A stretch of DNA of 63,800 bases, counting the filler. It is 6 parts of 6 records of this genome, joined end to end, with 100 filler letters (N's around TTAATTAATTAA, not from the genome) between each part and the next. Parts side by side here need not be neighbours in the genome. Positions count along the whole stretch, not along the records: positions 33,495 to 45,170 come from SRR31147125_8343; positions 45,271 to 52,091 come from SRR31147125_8345; positions 52,192 to 58,665 come from SRR31147125_8356; 3 more parts are not named here. The stretch is one strand, 5' to 3'. This document shows positions 40,616 through 52,244 of the stretch, piece by piece (within the stretch, counting starts at the first letter, position 1; the number at the start of each line of letters is the position of its first letter). The position numbers and the translations under genes were made by a program. The notes under the pieces were generated by a model. The model saw only the letters and a program-made list of their open reading frames with translations. It was not told the origin of the DNA and searched no databases.

Positions 40616-41825
40616 ATGGATATCTTATACCTGACTTGGGGAGAAACACCATGGATCTCCGGGATTTTTAGAAATCTTATAGAACCACAACTAAAAGATA
40701 TAGACAATGGAAAAGACATAAAATTACACTGGATTATTGGATATCCCATAGTTAATGGTGGGTTGAGGAATATTAACAGATATGTCAGAAAAAAAGAGAT
40801 TTTAAATTACGATTGAAAAATACAAATATCATTTTGACATTTCAAGGATTATTTATCTCGTCAAGACGTTTCTATCAATTACCAAAAAGATGGATTCACA
40901 AGAATCGAATTAAATTAATTGAAAAATATATTACAAAAAATGAGATCAGTGTAATATGGTGCAGAAGTTATTACTCAGCAATTATTGCATACGAAATAAT
41001 TAAAAAAATAAGAATCTTAGAATGATTTTTGATCCAAGAAGTAATTTTCCAGAAGAAGGTGTTATCAAGAAAAAATATAGAATTAATTCAAGTGATTATA
41101 TTGAATGGAAATCTATTGAAAAGCAGCTGTATGAAAAATCTGATAGAATTGTAGTACTTTCTGATTCATATAAAAAATACTTAACTAATGTAGAGAATAT
41201 TTCAAGTGAGAAGATAACGACTATATATGTGGGTGTTGATAATTCCAACCTAGTAAAATCTGAGAAACAGTATAACTTAGTGTATCTAGGTGATACAAAG
41301 TCTGGATGGCAGGATATTAATTTAGTTTTAAAATTATTCTCTCTATTATCCAATGATTTGAATCATTTGATTATAACTAATAATGAACCTGCTGGTATAA
41401 ATTCAATTATTGAGGAAAAATATATTGGATTAAAGAACAAAGTGGATATTAAATCTGCAAACTCAACAAGTGAAGTTTACAACCTCTTAAGTAAATGCAG
41501 TTACGGAGTTATCCCATTTAAATATAAGTTGACAAAGCCAGATGAAATTATGGCAAAATGTATGGTTGGAACAAAAGTTGCCGAATATCTTGCAGCTGGA
41601 CTTCCTGTTATATTTAATGAAAAAATACAAGATATAAGTGAATTAAATGAAAAGTATAATTTTGGGATTTCTTTCAATGAAAATTACAACAATATTTTTG
41701 ATAGAATTAAAAATGAAGTCAAAAGTGATAATATAAAAAGAGCGTTTGAAGATAACTTTAATAAAGAGAAATCTACATGTAAATATATTGATATTATTAA
41801 TCAGTTAGGTCGTAAATGTCATTAG
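40616..41825 (+). CDS. Glycosyltransferase (GT4-like), split by two frameshifts
   Basis: GAGGA RBS + ATG at 40616; three adjoining ORFs with WCRSYYS, FDPRS.FPEE, KVAEYLAAGLPV; junctions near A runs (about 40790 and 41005). Confidence 0.72.
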
Positions 41826-43171
41826 TTTTTACTTTGCTAAGTATATCAATAGTACTAATATACTTCACAACATTTACGATAATAATGTTGATAATAGATA
41901 AGCAACCAAGTATATATGTCATTGTTAGTTGTTTATATATATTTATTGCATTTTCAGAGTTCCTTAAAAGATATATATATTTATATGATAATAACCCAAG
42001 TATAGTTTATAATATTATTGCAATACTCCCCAATATATATTTGCTTTTGTTTTTTTTAAAAAATAACTTAAAATTTAAAAGCACATTATTGAAGATTATT
42101 ATAATATTAATGTTCCTATTTATAATCGCTTATTTCGTAAGCCGAAATATATCTAATGGAATGTTTTGGACAATATCTACATATATCTATCTATTATTGA
42201 TATGCTTTAGGAAAGAGTTCTATGCTTTTAACAAAAAATACTATTATACACATATTAAACTCTTTACACTACTTATCTTTTTTGCGTTTTTATATGGATG
42301 CATTCAGAGTATTGTAGGGTATACTACGTGGGAACGTATTTGGGCAGAGAATGCTGAAACGTCAATAAATTTATTCAGTATCTCAAATTTTGGGAAAATT
42401 AATAGATCTTTTTCTTTTTTTAGTGGTTTGCAGGATTATGGGATTGTTACCGTGTATTGTTTTTTGTTATTATTTTTTGAAAGCAAAAATAAAAAGTTGT
42501 TGCTTTTGATTCTTTTGACTATAAACTTACTTTTAATTGGTGCAAAGGGTATTATCCTTGGATTATTGCTAAGTTTATTCCTTTATTATTATAGAAAAAA
42601 ACTAAACGCTGTTAGGCTTTTTTTCATTCTGTTTGTATTTCCGATTCTAGCATTATCTCTTTCTATCGGATTAATTCCAATATTATATCGATTTTCTTGG
42701 ATGTTACGCTCATTGCCATCTGGTATATATTCAATTTTTGATCCTGTAACAATGGTACCCAGGATTCAAATATTTCTTGATTTTTTCGAGAATATAGATG
42801 GTTTGAAAAACTTACTAGTTGGATCAGGAATTGGTAATCGAACATTTTTTCTTGATAATATGTATCTTAGAATAATCACAGAATTTGGTTTGTTTGGTTT
42901 TTCATTTTTTTTATATTTACATTATATAATGCTTAAGAGGTATTATATGATTATAGATGAATCTACGAAAATAGAAAAAGAGGAGCTAAACTTAATAAAT
43001 ATCGCATTTATTGTTTTAGTAATGACCGTTTTTAATAATTATACTGGTGAATTATTACAATCCCGCGGCACTTTTATCTTGTATGTTTATTCATTTTATA
43101 TAATATGGAACAAAGGTCGAAAATGGGTGAAAAATGATAGAAAAAATTGCATTATTGATGGCAACGTATAA
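41816..43171 (+). CDS. Polytopic membrane protein, probable Wzy polysaccharide polymerase
   Basis: About 10-12 TM helices, very AT-rich, DNMYLRIITEFGLFG motif, located in a GT cluster. Confidence 0.7.
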   Translation: MSLVFTLLSISIVLIYFTTFTIIMLIIDKQPSIYVIVSCLYIFIAFSEFLKRYIYLYDNNPSIVYNIIAILPNIYLLLFFLKNNLKFKSTLLKIIIILMFLFIIAYFVSRNISNGMFWTISTYIYLLLICFRKEFYAFNKKYYYTHIKLFTLLIFFAFLYGCIQSIVGYTTWERIWAENAETSINLFSISNFGKINRSFSFFSGLQDYGIVTVYCFLLLFFESKNKKLLLLILLTINLLLIGAKGIILGLLLSLFLYYYRKKLNAVRLFFILFVFPILALSLSIGLIPILYRFSWMLRSLPSGIYSIFDPVTMVPRIQIFLDFFENIDGLKNLLVGSGIGNRTFFLDNMYLRIITEFGLFGFSFFLYLHYIMLKRYYMIIDESTKIEKEELNLINIAFIVLVMTVFNNYTGELLQSRGTFILYVYSFYIIWNKGRKWVKNDRKNCIIDGNV

Positions 43172-43970
43172 TGGGCAATTGTATATTGAAGAGCAAATAA
43201 ACTCTATCTTGGATCAATCTGATCGTGACTGGGTACTATATATTTCAGATGATGGATCAACAGATAATACAAAAAAGATTGTATATGATTACGCAAAAGA
43301 CTATCCAGAGAGTATTATTGTTTTAGACAATGAAAAGAAAAATCTAGGATCTGCTAGACGATTCATATATTTGCTTGAAAATGTATGTGAAAAATACTAC
43401 ATGTTCTGTGATCAGGATGACATATGGATGGGTGATAAAATTAAAAATGCAAGATTTACAATGCATGAAATGGAGGATAGGTATTCCAGAAATACACCGT
43501 TATTAGCATTTTCTGATCTATATGTTGTCGATGAGAACCTAAATTGCATACATAATTCTTTTCATTCAATGCAAAAGCTTGATCTTACTGCTTTAAAATC
43601 TTTGAATAGGACTATTGCACATAATGTTGTAACAGGTTGTACAACTATCTTTAATGATAAGTTGAAAGAGATGTTTGTAGAAAAACCAGAATTTGAAGTA
43701 TATCATGATCATTTATTAGCAATATTTGCAGTGAAAAATGGTCAAGTAAAATTAATGGATTCTAAAGATATTTTGTACAGACAGCATTATAATAACACTT
43801 TAGGTGCTCAAAGCTACTCAATCAAATACTTTTTATTTAAAATAATGAATACAAAGCAAATATTGAATAATTTGAAATCTCTAATTTCATATTTGGATCT
43901 AGGGGCTCGACAATTATATTGTGTGATATTTGTTAAGGTTGTAATACAGTTTAAGAGGTTAATTTTTTGA
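43134..43970 (+). CDS. GT2 glycosyltransferase (rhamnosyltransferase-like)
   Basis: MATYNG, DDGSTD, FCDQDDIW, YRQH. Confidence 0.9.
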   Translation: MIEKIALLMATYNGQLYIEEQINSILDQSDRDWVLYISDDGSTDNTKKIVYDYAKDYPESIIVLDNEKKNLGSARRFIYLLENVCEKYYMFCDQDDIWMGDKIKNARFTMHEMEDRYSRNTPLLAFSDLYVVDENLNCIHNSFHSMQKLDLTALKSLNRTIAHNVVTGCTTIFNDKLKEMFVEKPEFEVYHDHLLAIFAVKNGQVKLMDSKDILYRQHYNNTLGAQSYSIKYFLFKIMNTKQILNNLKSLISYLDLGARQLYCVIFVKVVIQFKRLIF

Positions 43971-45051
43971 AGAGATTATCAATTATTGGAACTGCTGGTA
44001 TTCCTGCGAATTATGGCGGTTTTGAGACATTAATCGAGCATATTTCAAAGACATTATCAGAGCACTTTGAAGTCACTGTTTTTTGTAGTGTTAAGAATTA
44101 TGAGAAGAAAATGACTCATTATAATGATGTGAAACTAAGTTATATAAACTTATCTGCAAATGGTATAAGCAGTATTTTATATGATTCGATATCAATGATT
44201 AAATCAATTCGGAATTCTGATGTTGTATTAGTATTAGGTGTGTCTGGAGCTATTTGTTTACCGATACTACGATTGTTTAATAAAAAAATAGTAACTAATA
44301 TTGATGGAATAGAATGGAAAAGGAAAAAGTGGAATATATTTATACGATACATATTGAAATTCTTTGAATATGTTGCTGTGAAATCATCACATATAGTTGT
44401 AGGTGATAACAAAGCTATTACAGATTATATATTTGAAAAATATAAAATGAAAAGTGAGCTGATAAGCTATGGAGGAGACCATATAAAAAAATCCCGATTG
44501 AAAATGAAGACTTGTCAAATTATCCATTTCTTAATGATAAATATTCGTTCACCGTATGCCGTATAGAGCCAGAAAATAATATTCATATAATACTATCAGC
44601 AATTAGTAAATCAAATATCTCCTATGTATGTATTGGGAACTGGAATTCTAATAACTATGGAAAGATACTGAGAAAGAAATTTTCAGAATATAGTAATATT
44701 TACCTTTTAGATCCTATTTATGAAATAGATCAACTGGATAAAATTCGTTCAAATTCTTATTTATATTTACATGGACATAGTGCTGGTGGGACTAATCCAT
44801 CATTAGTAGAAGCGATGAACCTTGGTTTGCCGATATATGCTTTTGACTGTAATTTTAATAGGAATACAACGCATTCGAAATGTAATTATTTTAAAGATGT
44901 TGATGAATTAAAGAACTCACTAGATAACATAAAAGAACAAGAGTTGATTAAGATCGGAAATGATATGCTTGATATCGCTGAAAAATATAAATGGAGTATT
45001 ATTTCAGATAAGTATACGTCAGTAATTATGTCATTAATTGATGATGTATGA
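43967..45051 (+). CDS. GT4/DUF1972 glycosyltransferase; frameshift near 44484-44491
   Basis: GIPANYGGFET, NIDGIEWKR; continues as CRIEPENN, HGHSAGGTNPSLVEAM. Confidence 0.87.
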
Positions 45052-45131
45052 TTAGAATTTTTTTGTTTTCCATTTATATATTAATAAAGTCAATTTTATG
45101 CCTTTAAAAGGATTATTAGGAGAAATAATTG

Positions 45132-45170
45132 ATGAAGAAAATTGCTCTGGTCGGATGCGGCCGGATTTCC
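45132..45170 (+). CDS. Gfo/Idh/MocA oxidoreductase start (cut by contig end)
   Basis: AGGAG RBS; MKKIALVGCGRIS. Confidence 0.6.
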
Positions 45171-45270
45171 NNNNNNNNNNNNNNNNNNNNNNNNNNNNNN
45201 NNNNNNNNNNNNNNTTAATTAATTAANNNNNNNNNNNNNNNNNNNNNNNNNNNNNNNNNNNNNNNNNNNN
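45171..45270. other. Artificial contig spacer
   Basis: N-run with TTAATTAATTAA. Confidence 0.99.
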
Positions 45271-45408
45271 TTTTTTATAGGGATTATTTTTTGCAATTCG
45301 AATATTAAACGATAACAAGGCTTTTATATAATTTTTTTATAAAGTGTATACAATATTAAAAGCCTTGCTGATACAAATATTTTAATGAATAGGTTTATTC
45401 TAATAGAA

Positions 45409-46719
45409 TCATTCACTGAGTAGTGAATTCACCTCTTCGGCAGCCATATCTAAGCCAACATTAGGGTCGATTTCTCCAGCGATTATCTTTTGTAATATAG
45501 GGAAAAGAATATTTGAAGCCGGAATCCATTGTGATATCAGTGGGGGAGTAAAGGAATCCTCAGAGAATTGCATTTTTGCAAGTTCAAATCTTTTCTTTGC
45601 TAGAGGGTCAGAAGAAAAACGCGCTTCATTTATTAATTTATCCCATACTGATGATCGAACAGGCAAATATCCAATTTTGCCTTCCTGTAATGAATTTTGT
45701 TCATTTGTTAAAAACTTTATAAATAATGCAGCAGCATCTTTGTTTGATGAACTTTTAGGAATAGAAAATCCATGAACACCAATCCAAGCACTATGTATAT
45801 CTCCGTCTCCTTTTGGCATTCTTGCAATATCAAAATTACCAGCTACTTTTGAAGTATCTTCATTTTGAAAATACGAATATGAACTGTACCATTGAGTAGA
45901 TATTGCTACATTGCCATTTTTCCAATTTTTCGATAAATCATCCCAGATATAATTCAACATATCATCAGGCATTGCATCTGCCAAGTATAAATCTCTAATC
46001 ATAGTGATGGATTTTACGCCTGCTGAACTATTAAATGCGGCATTTCCGTTTTCATCTATAAAAGTGCCTCCATTTGAGACCAGAATTTCGTAGAATCGAC
46101 CAGTTAAAGCTTCCTCTTTGCCTGCAAATTGTGTTCCGTATAAATCTTCAAATTCGCCAAAGAATAATGCAACTTCATAAAATTCGTCCCAAGTTTGCGG
46201 AACAGTCAAGGGTCTTCCATATTGTTCTTCAAACTTTTGTTGATTATTCTCATCTTCAAATAAATCGGTACGATAATGTAAACAACTCAGTGTTGCGTGT
46301 CTTGGGATAATATATTGATTTCCATTTTTGCTGCCAGAATTAAGAAGACGCGGTAGGAAATCTTTTAAATCTTCATGAGTAAAATATTCGTCTAGAGGAT
46401 ATAATTGATCAACGTATTGTGTAAAGAAACTAGAATGGCTGGATATAACGTCGTACTCTGCAGTATTTGTTTCAAAATCCTTTTTAAATTTTTTATCAAG
46501 TTCAAAGAAATTATTTTTGTATACAATTTCCACATTTATACCAGTTTCCTTTTCGAACTTTTTAATATTGTTATAGAGAGGTTCGTAATCTCCGCCGCCA
46601 ATTAGCGCACACTTTAAAGTAATAGAATCTTCTTCGTACGTTGCTGTTTTTGACGGTATTGCACAACCAACAAGCAACATTGAAACAATAATAAGTACAA
46701 AAAATCTCTTGTAAAACAT
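45409..46719 (-). CDS. Sugar ABC substrate-binding lipoprotein (SBP family 1)
   Basis: LVGC lipobox, YRTDLF, PQTWDE. Confidence 0.88.
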   Translation of the reverse strand: MFYKRFFVLIIVSMLLVGCAIPSKTATYEEDSITLKCALIGGGDYEPLYNNIKKFEKETGINVEIVYKNNFFELDKKFKKDFETNTAEYDVISSHSSFFTQYVDQLYPLDEYFTHEDLKDFLPRLLNSGSKNGNQYIIPRHATLSCLHYRTDLFEDENNQQKFEEQYGRPLTVPQTWDEFYEVALFFGEFEDLYGTQFAGKEEALTGRFYEILVSNGGTFIDENGNAAFNSSAGVKSITMIRDLYLADAMPDDMLNYIWDDLSKNWKNGNVAISTQWYSSYSYFQNEDTSKVAGNFDIARMPKGDGDIHSAWIGVHGFSIPKSSSNKDAAALFIKFLTNEQNSLQEGKIGYLPVRSSVWDKLINEARFSSDPLAKKRFELAKMQFSEDSFTPPLISQWIPASNILFPILQKIIAGEIDPNVGLDMAAEEVNSLLSE

Positions 46720-46762
46720 TTATTAACCTCCGACAAAGTATTTAAATCAACTATTCTATTTT

Positions 46763-47734
46763 CTAGTAAATATAATCCGCTATATTATCTTTATTAATAA
46801 CAATCTGCTCAACTTCTATATGTGGTTTTGCTGAAGTATTGTTGAAAATGCCCAAAAGTGTTTCAAATAATCTTTCGTTAAACAATTCGGAATTTTGAAA
46901 TATGTAAGTTAAGTTGTCATTTTCTAGCATGTGCGTAAAGTAGTCGTTTGATCTGGTGATGACATAAATTGAACCAGAATATCCTTGAGACGAAAGAATA
47001 TCATATATTTTATCAAAACTGTAACTATCAAGGATTATTGTACTGTCGTTTTGAGTAATTAAATCGATATGTTCCATTACCTCTACGCCAGATAAATTAT
47101 CCATCATACTAATGGATCTAATGCTGATGCTTTCATTTCTGCTAATTGCATACGAAAAGCTTTTGATTATATCCGAAGTAGTACTATTTTCGGATTTCAA
47201 AATAAGAGAAATATTACCGCAGTTTATTTTGCTAAGTGTGCTTTTTGCAAGCAACTTTCCTGTTGAAACAGGAGAAAAATCAATACTAGTATAATAAGGA
47301 CTTATCTTGTAATTGCCAATCAATATTACTGGAACAGAGTTTTCATAGAACTTTATGATTAAAGGCAGTTCTTCCTCATAATCAATGGGATTAAGTACAA
47401 TAACATCTATTATTTCTGATGATACAGTATTTAAATAATCCATTTGCATATCAAGGCTGTTTTGCGAATCGTAAATAGAAAGATCAATATTATTGTAAGC
47501 TCCAAACATTGATCTGAAAAACATGGCAGATTGATATTCGGTAATATCAGATAGTTCTTTTCCTATATATACAACATGTTTATCAATAGTAGAAGAATCT
47601 TCATCATATTTTTTGTCAAAATTATATGTAGAGCTATTACTGATATTTGGTAAATATACAGCAAACAAAAATACAGATAGTATTAAAATCATAACTAATA
47701 TTAAAATAAATAGGTGTTTTAAACGTTTATCCAT
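46763..47734 (-). CDS. Membrane-anchored RbsB/XylF-like sugar-binding protein (divergent)
   Basis: N-terminal TM helix; YDSQNSLDMQ...IDVIVLNPID pattern. Confidence 0.65.
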   Translation of the reverse strand: MDKRLKHLFILILVMILILSVFLFAVYLPNISNSSTYNFDKKYDEDSSTIDKHVVYIGKELSDITEYQSAMFFRSMFGAYNNIDLSIYDSQNSLDMQMDYLNTVSSEIIDVIVLNPIDYEEELPLIIKFYENSVPVILIGNYKISPYYTSIDFSPVSTGKLLAKSTLSKINCGNISLILKSENSTTSDIIKSFSYAISRNESISIRSISMMDNLSGVEVMEHIDLITQNDSTIILDSYSFDKIYDILSSQGYSGSIYVITRSNDYFTHMLENDNLTYIFQNSELFNERLFETLLGIFNNTSAKPHIEVEQIVINKDNIADYIY

Positions 47735-47736
47735 AA

Positions 47737-49547
47737 CTAATTATCCTCGTTATAAGGTATTGCAGGAAGCCAAATATCCACCACCGTACCTATATTCTTC
47801 ATGCTGATAAATTCAAGACCATAATCTTCACCATAATACAGTTTTATTCGTTCATTAACGTTGTTAATCCCAACTCCTGATAGCTGTGAGCTCTCACTTT
47901 GCATAAATATATTATTTACTAAATCTTCATCCATACCAATGCCATCATCCATTACTTGTAGTATAATACTATTAAGGCACATGCGACCTTTTATTAAAAT
48001 ATTACCTTTTTGGCGTTTGTTTTTAATACCATGATAAATTGCATTTTCTACAAGTGGTTGTAAAATGAGCTTCAAAGTAGAGTATTCATATAGTTCCTCA
48101 TCAACGTCTATCTTATAGCCAAACTTGTCTATATATCTCATGCTTTGAATAGTTAAGTAATTTTTTACATGTTCTATTTCTTCTCTAATGGTTATAAACT
48201 GTCGTCCTTTGCTAAGGCTGAGTCTAAATAGTTTTGCCAACGAGTCAACCATTACTACAACTTTTTTATTATCGCACTCCGCCATCCAGAGTATCGAATC
48301 TAATGTGTTATATAAAAAATGCGGGTTTATTTGAGCTTGAAGTGCTTTGAGTTCAGCTTTTCTTTTTCTTGCTCTTCTAAAACCACTTTGCCCATAAGCG
48401 TATCTATTCGCTTTATCATTCTATTAAAGCTAGCATTTAATGCGTCGATTTCAGAATAATGTGATTCGTTTGCAGATACTCTTAGATTCCCGCGCTCTGC
48501 TAATGCCATTGTTTTTCTTAATTGATTTACTGGTTTAAAAACACGAGAAGAAAGAACGACCGTAATTGCAATTGCAGCAAGAACGCATAGCATACCAATA
48601 ATTATAATGAGAAGTGATACTTGTCTTTGTTGGCGCGCAATAACAGACTGGGGAAGAATACCAAGGATAATCCAGCCAGTTGACTCCATCTTCTGATAAA
48701 TAACATGTTTTGTTTCATTTTCGATTTTTCTTTTATAGCTTCCAGAATCGTCTTCTAATGCGGATTGAATAAGTAAATCATCTTCTTTAAAAACATCTTT
48801 AAGGTACATTTCATCCCATGTGCGGTACATATAGCTGTAGTCTGGATGATAAATAACGTTTGATTCTTCATCTATAATCATAACGTATCCATTATCTCCA
48901 AGTTCTACATTTGAGCAGATAGAATTAAGGGCTTCTAAATTTAGATCAATTAATATAATACCAATTTGTTCTTGCGAATCAAAACTATTGATGCTTTTGC
49001 TTAGTGAAAATACAAGATTGTTACTATCTGATATATAACTTTGCTTATGAGGCCTAATAGCTACAGATGATCCAGCTGTCATAATCGCTTTTTTATACCA
49101 TTGCTGCGTCTTGAAATTGTAGTTTTCGTTTAATTTCCCAGCATTATTATTGATAATGAAAGAATCGTCTTCTGTAAAAATCAAAATCGCCTCAATGTCT
49201 TCGCGCATTTTCGCCATATCATCCAGTAAATACGATACGGATAAATTACTTTTAAATAAGTCTGATTCAGTTAGTTGGTTAGATTTTAAACGCTTTTGGA
49301 TTGCATAATCATAATTTGTGACAGTTGCAATCTGTTCCATCTCTTCAAAGTAGTACTGAATATTACTGTTTACTTGCGAGATGATTTGGTTTGTATATTC
49401 CTTAGTTGTTTTGTCTATCCTATTAGAAAAAGTAAACGAAAAAATTAAACCAATAATCAAAAGAAACAGAATGATCATAGTAGAGTATATTATAATCATC
49501 TGCATTTGAAGGCTTTTTGGTTTTTGGTTTTTTATTTTTGACAACAT
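47737..49547 (-). CDS. YesM/LytS-family sensor histidine kinase; frameshift near 48363
   Basis: dCache + HAMP; the shifted frame gives ELKALQAQINPHFLYNTL; LQPLVENAIYHG, DDGIG, GVGINNV. Confidence 0.9.
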
Positions 49548-49563
49548 AAATTATTATCCGCCA

Positions 49564-51156
49564 CTATTTTTCATTTTGTGATAATTGCCTAAAGCTAGAT
49601 GGCGTATAGCCAGTATATTTTTTAAAAGCAATAGAGAAGTAGTGAGGGTCGCTATAACCAACTTTTTGAGCTATCTCGTAAGCTTTTAAATCATTTGTTC
49701 TAAGCATTCTTTTGGCTTGCTCAATGCGAACACCAGTTAGATAGTCGATAAAATTCTCTCCAGCCTCTTTTTTAAATAGTACACTTAAGTAAGAAGGACT
49801 CAGGTAAACATAACTTGCAACAATATTTAAATTCAACTCTGTATCAGAGTAGTTTTCCTTTATATATTTCTTTGCTTTTTCTATTAAAAGATACTTTTTA
49901 GAGGCTCTATTTGTATGAAGGTTTTCATAGGTTTGTTTAAGGAAGTCAAGAATAGTTGGCTTTACCTCGCTAATCGTTTGCGCTTTAGATATTTTGTCGT
50001 AAATGCTGTAATCTATTTTGCCCGCAACCTCTGTTTCCATCAGTATTTTTTGTATACCATTGACTATCTCGTATAAAATAATGCGAAGATTTTCAATTGA
50101 AAGCTCTTTTTGTTGATACAAATAATTAAAAAGAGAGTCTAGGCTTGATTCATAACCTATACCTAACCTTACTTGTGATAAAAGTTCATCAATTTGATCC
50201 ATAGGGAAGAAACTATCAGAACGTCGGTATCCTAAATCTATTATATCAAAAACATTGCCTTTGCCAAAGCACACTTGATAATCAAGTGCATGTAATGCGT
50301 CCTCATAAGACTTATGAATATCATCAACCACGTTAACAGTATTTCCAAAACCTGATGTTATTATGAAATCTTCGTTAACAGAAAAATGTGTTTCAAGCTC
50401 TAATGCAATTTTATGAAGAACTTCGCGCTCATCTAAGTCGTTTGTTACTAAATCAAAATATATTAAAATATGACGACCAGAAAGATCGTTGAATATAATT
50501 CCGTTTCCATGAATTAACTCCATAATATAATTATTAATCGCTATTTTATTGATTTCAAGAGTTTCTATCTCGTTTTGTATAGAAGGCTGCGAGGTTTCAA
50601 AGATGCAAACAGTGTAGGTTTTATAATCGGTGCTAATCTCTAAATAGGAAGCTCTTTTAGTAATTTCTTGTACGCTTAATTTGTTGTAAATTAAGGAATG
50701 GTAGAATTTTTCTTTTAATAGTGGCAAGCTTCTTCTTAATTGACGTTTAATTCGTGTTATATCAGAACGTCTCTTTTTTTCACTATCAAGCAAATTTTTT
50801 GTTTCAACCATAATTTTTCTAAGGTCATCAGCTTTAATTGGTTTTACAATATAATCCAACACGCCAATTTGCAAAGCAGATTTTGCATAGTTAAATTCAT
50901 CATATCCTGTTAAAATTAGTATTTTTGTGTTTGGCAGAGATTTGGCTATTTTTTCAGATAACTCAAGACCATCCATAAACGGCATTCTTATATCTGTAAG
51001 AATAACATCAGGATGTTGCTCCATAGCAATCTCGTACGCAAGTTCGCCGTCTTCAGCCTCGTAAATCTCAGAAAAACCAATCGCTTCCCAGTCTAATGTA
51101 GAAACAACAGCTTTACGAATGAAATCTTCATCATCAACAATTAATATCTTATACAT
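49564..51156 (-). CDS. YesN-family response regulator (REC + AraC HTH)
   Basis: VDDE, TDIRMP; C-terminal YLSVLFKKE...VGYSDPHYFS.AFKK.TG.TP. Confidence 0.93.
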   Translation of the reverse strand: MYKILIVDDEDFIRKAVVSTLDWEAIGFSEIYEAEDGELAYEIAMEQHPDVILTDIRMPFMDGLELSEKIAKSLPNTKILILTGYDEFNYAKSALQIGVLDYIVKPIKADDLRKIMVETKNLLDSEKKRRSDITRIKRQLRRSLPLLKEKFYHSLIYNKLSVQEITKRASYLEISTDYKTYTVCIFETSQPSIQNEIETLEINKIAINNYIMELIHGNGIIFNDLSGRHILIYFDLVTNDLDEREVLHKIALELETHFSVNEDFIITSGFGNTVNVVDDIHKSYEDALHALDYQVCFGKGNVFDIIDLGYRRSDSFFPMDQIDELLSQVRLGIGYESSLDSLFNYLYQQKELSIENLRIILYEIVNGIQKILMETEVAGKIDYSIYDKISKAQTISEVKPTILDFLKQTYENLHTNRASKKYLLIEKAKKYIKENYSDTELNLNIVASYVYLSPSYLSVLFKKEAGENFIDYLTGVRIEQAKRMLRTNDLKAYEIAQKVGYSDPHYFSIAFKKYTGYTPSSFRQLSQNEK

Positions 51157-51574
51157 AGTTTCACCTTAAAAAATTATACCATAATAATATCATTATTTTT
51201 GGATTATGAAAAAAAACAAAACAATATATGAAAATTTTAACCATTTATCAAAAAATAATAACCATTCACAACCATTTAATGGTTTTTGAAATAATTTATT
51301 GCTTGTAAATCTTAAATCTTAGGTTAAATATACCATTAATATATTAAAACTTTAATATATTTAAAAAAAATTATGCATTCATCATATTAAAAAAATATTA
51401 TATGCTCTTAGATGTTGAGTAAAACGCTGTAACAAGGGGATATTAGAATTTGTACAGAGTCTTTTTTACAGGACATCGTTTGACGAGACATACATTGATA
51501 AAAATATAAATTTATTTATTTTCAGTTTATAAAAATTCTGCTTTAAGCAGAAACAAATAATAGGAGGAAATAAA

Positions 51575-52091
51575 ATGAAAAAAATCGTTGTACTTTTACT
51601 AGCTCTAGTAATGGTTATGAGCCTTGCAGCTTGTGGTAGCCCAGAGGAAGTAGTATCTGAAGCACCTGCAGAAGAAGAAGCAGCACCTGCAGAAGAAGCT
51701 GGTGACGAAGATCCAGTTATCGCATTTGTACCAAAAGTTATTGGTCAAGCATGGTGGGATTATGTTCGTGACGGCGGCGTTATGGAATGGGCTGAAGAAA
51801 ATGGCATGGAAGTTATCTATAAAGGACCAACAGAAATTGATGCTGCTGCTCAAGTTCAAATTATGACTGACTTAGTAGCTCAAGATATCGATATCCTTTG
51901 CTTCTCTCCATTGGATCCAGATGCATGCGAAAACATCTGTAAAGAAGCTCGCGAAAAAGGAATCATAGTTGTTGCAACTGAAGCTTCAGGTATGACAAAT
52001 GTTGATTATGACGTAGAAGCTTTCTCAGAAGCTGGTCTTGGTGCATTTATGATGGATCAACTAGCAAGCCATATGGGTGAAGAAGGCGAAT
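51575..52091 (+). CDS. LsrB/RhaS-like sugar ABC substrate-binding lipoprotein (5' part)
   Basis: AGGAGG RBS, LAAC lipobox, IAFVPKVIG..WW, GPTEIDAAAQVQ. Confidence 0.82.
51661..51698 (+). repeat. 21-nt-period tandem duplication encoding an APAEE linker
   Basis: AGCACCTGCAGAAGAAG at 51661 and 51682. Confidence 0.8.
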
Positions 52092-52191
52092 NNNNNNNNN
52101 NNNNNNNNNNNNNNNNNNNNNNNNNNNNNNNNNNNTTAATTAATTAANNNNNNNNNNNNNNNNNNNNNNNNNNNNNNNNNNNNNNNNNNNN
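52092..52191. other. Artificial contig spacer
   Basis: N-run with TTAATTAATTAA. Confidence 0.99.
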
Positions 52192-52210
52192 GGGCTTTAC
52201 GCCCGCCCGC
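52192..52210. repeat. Partial REP-like palindrome at the contig edge
   Basis: GGGC-TTTAC-GCCC-GCCCGC hairpin cut by the contig end. Confidence 0.45.
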
Positions 52211-52244
52211 ATTGTTTTGTCTGAAGTATAATCTGGATCGGAAT

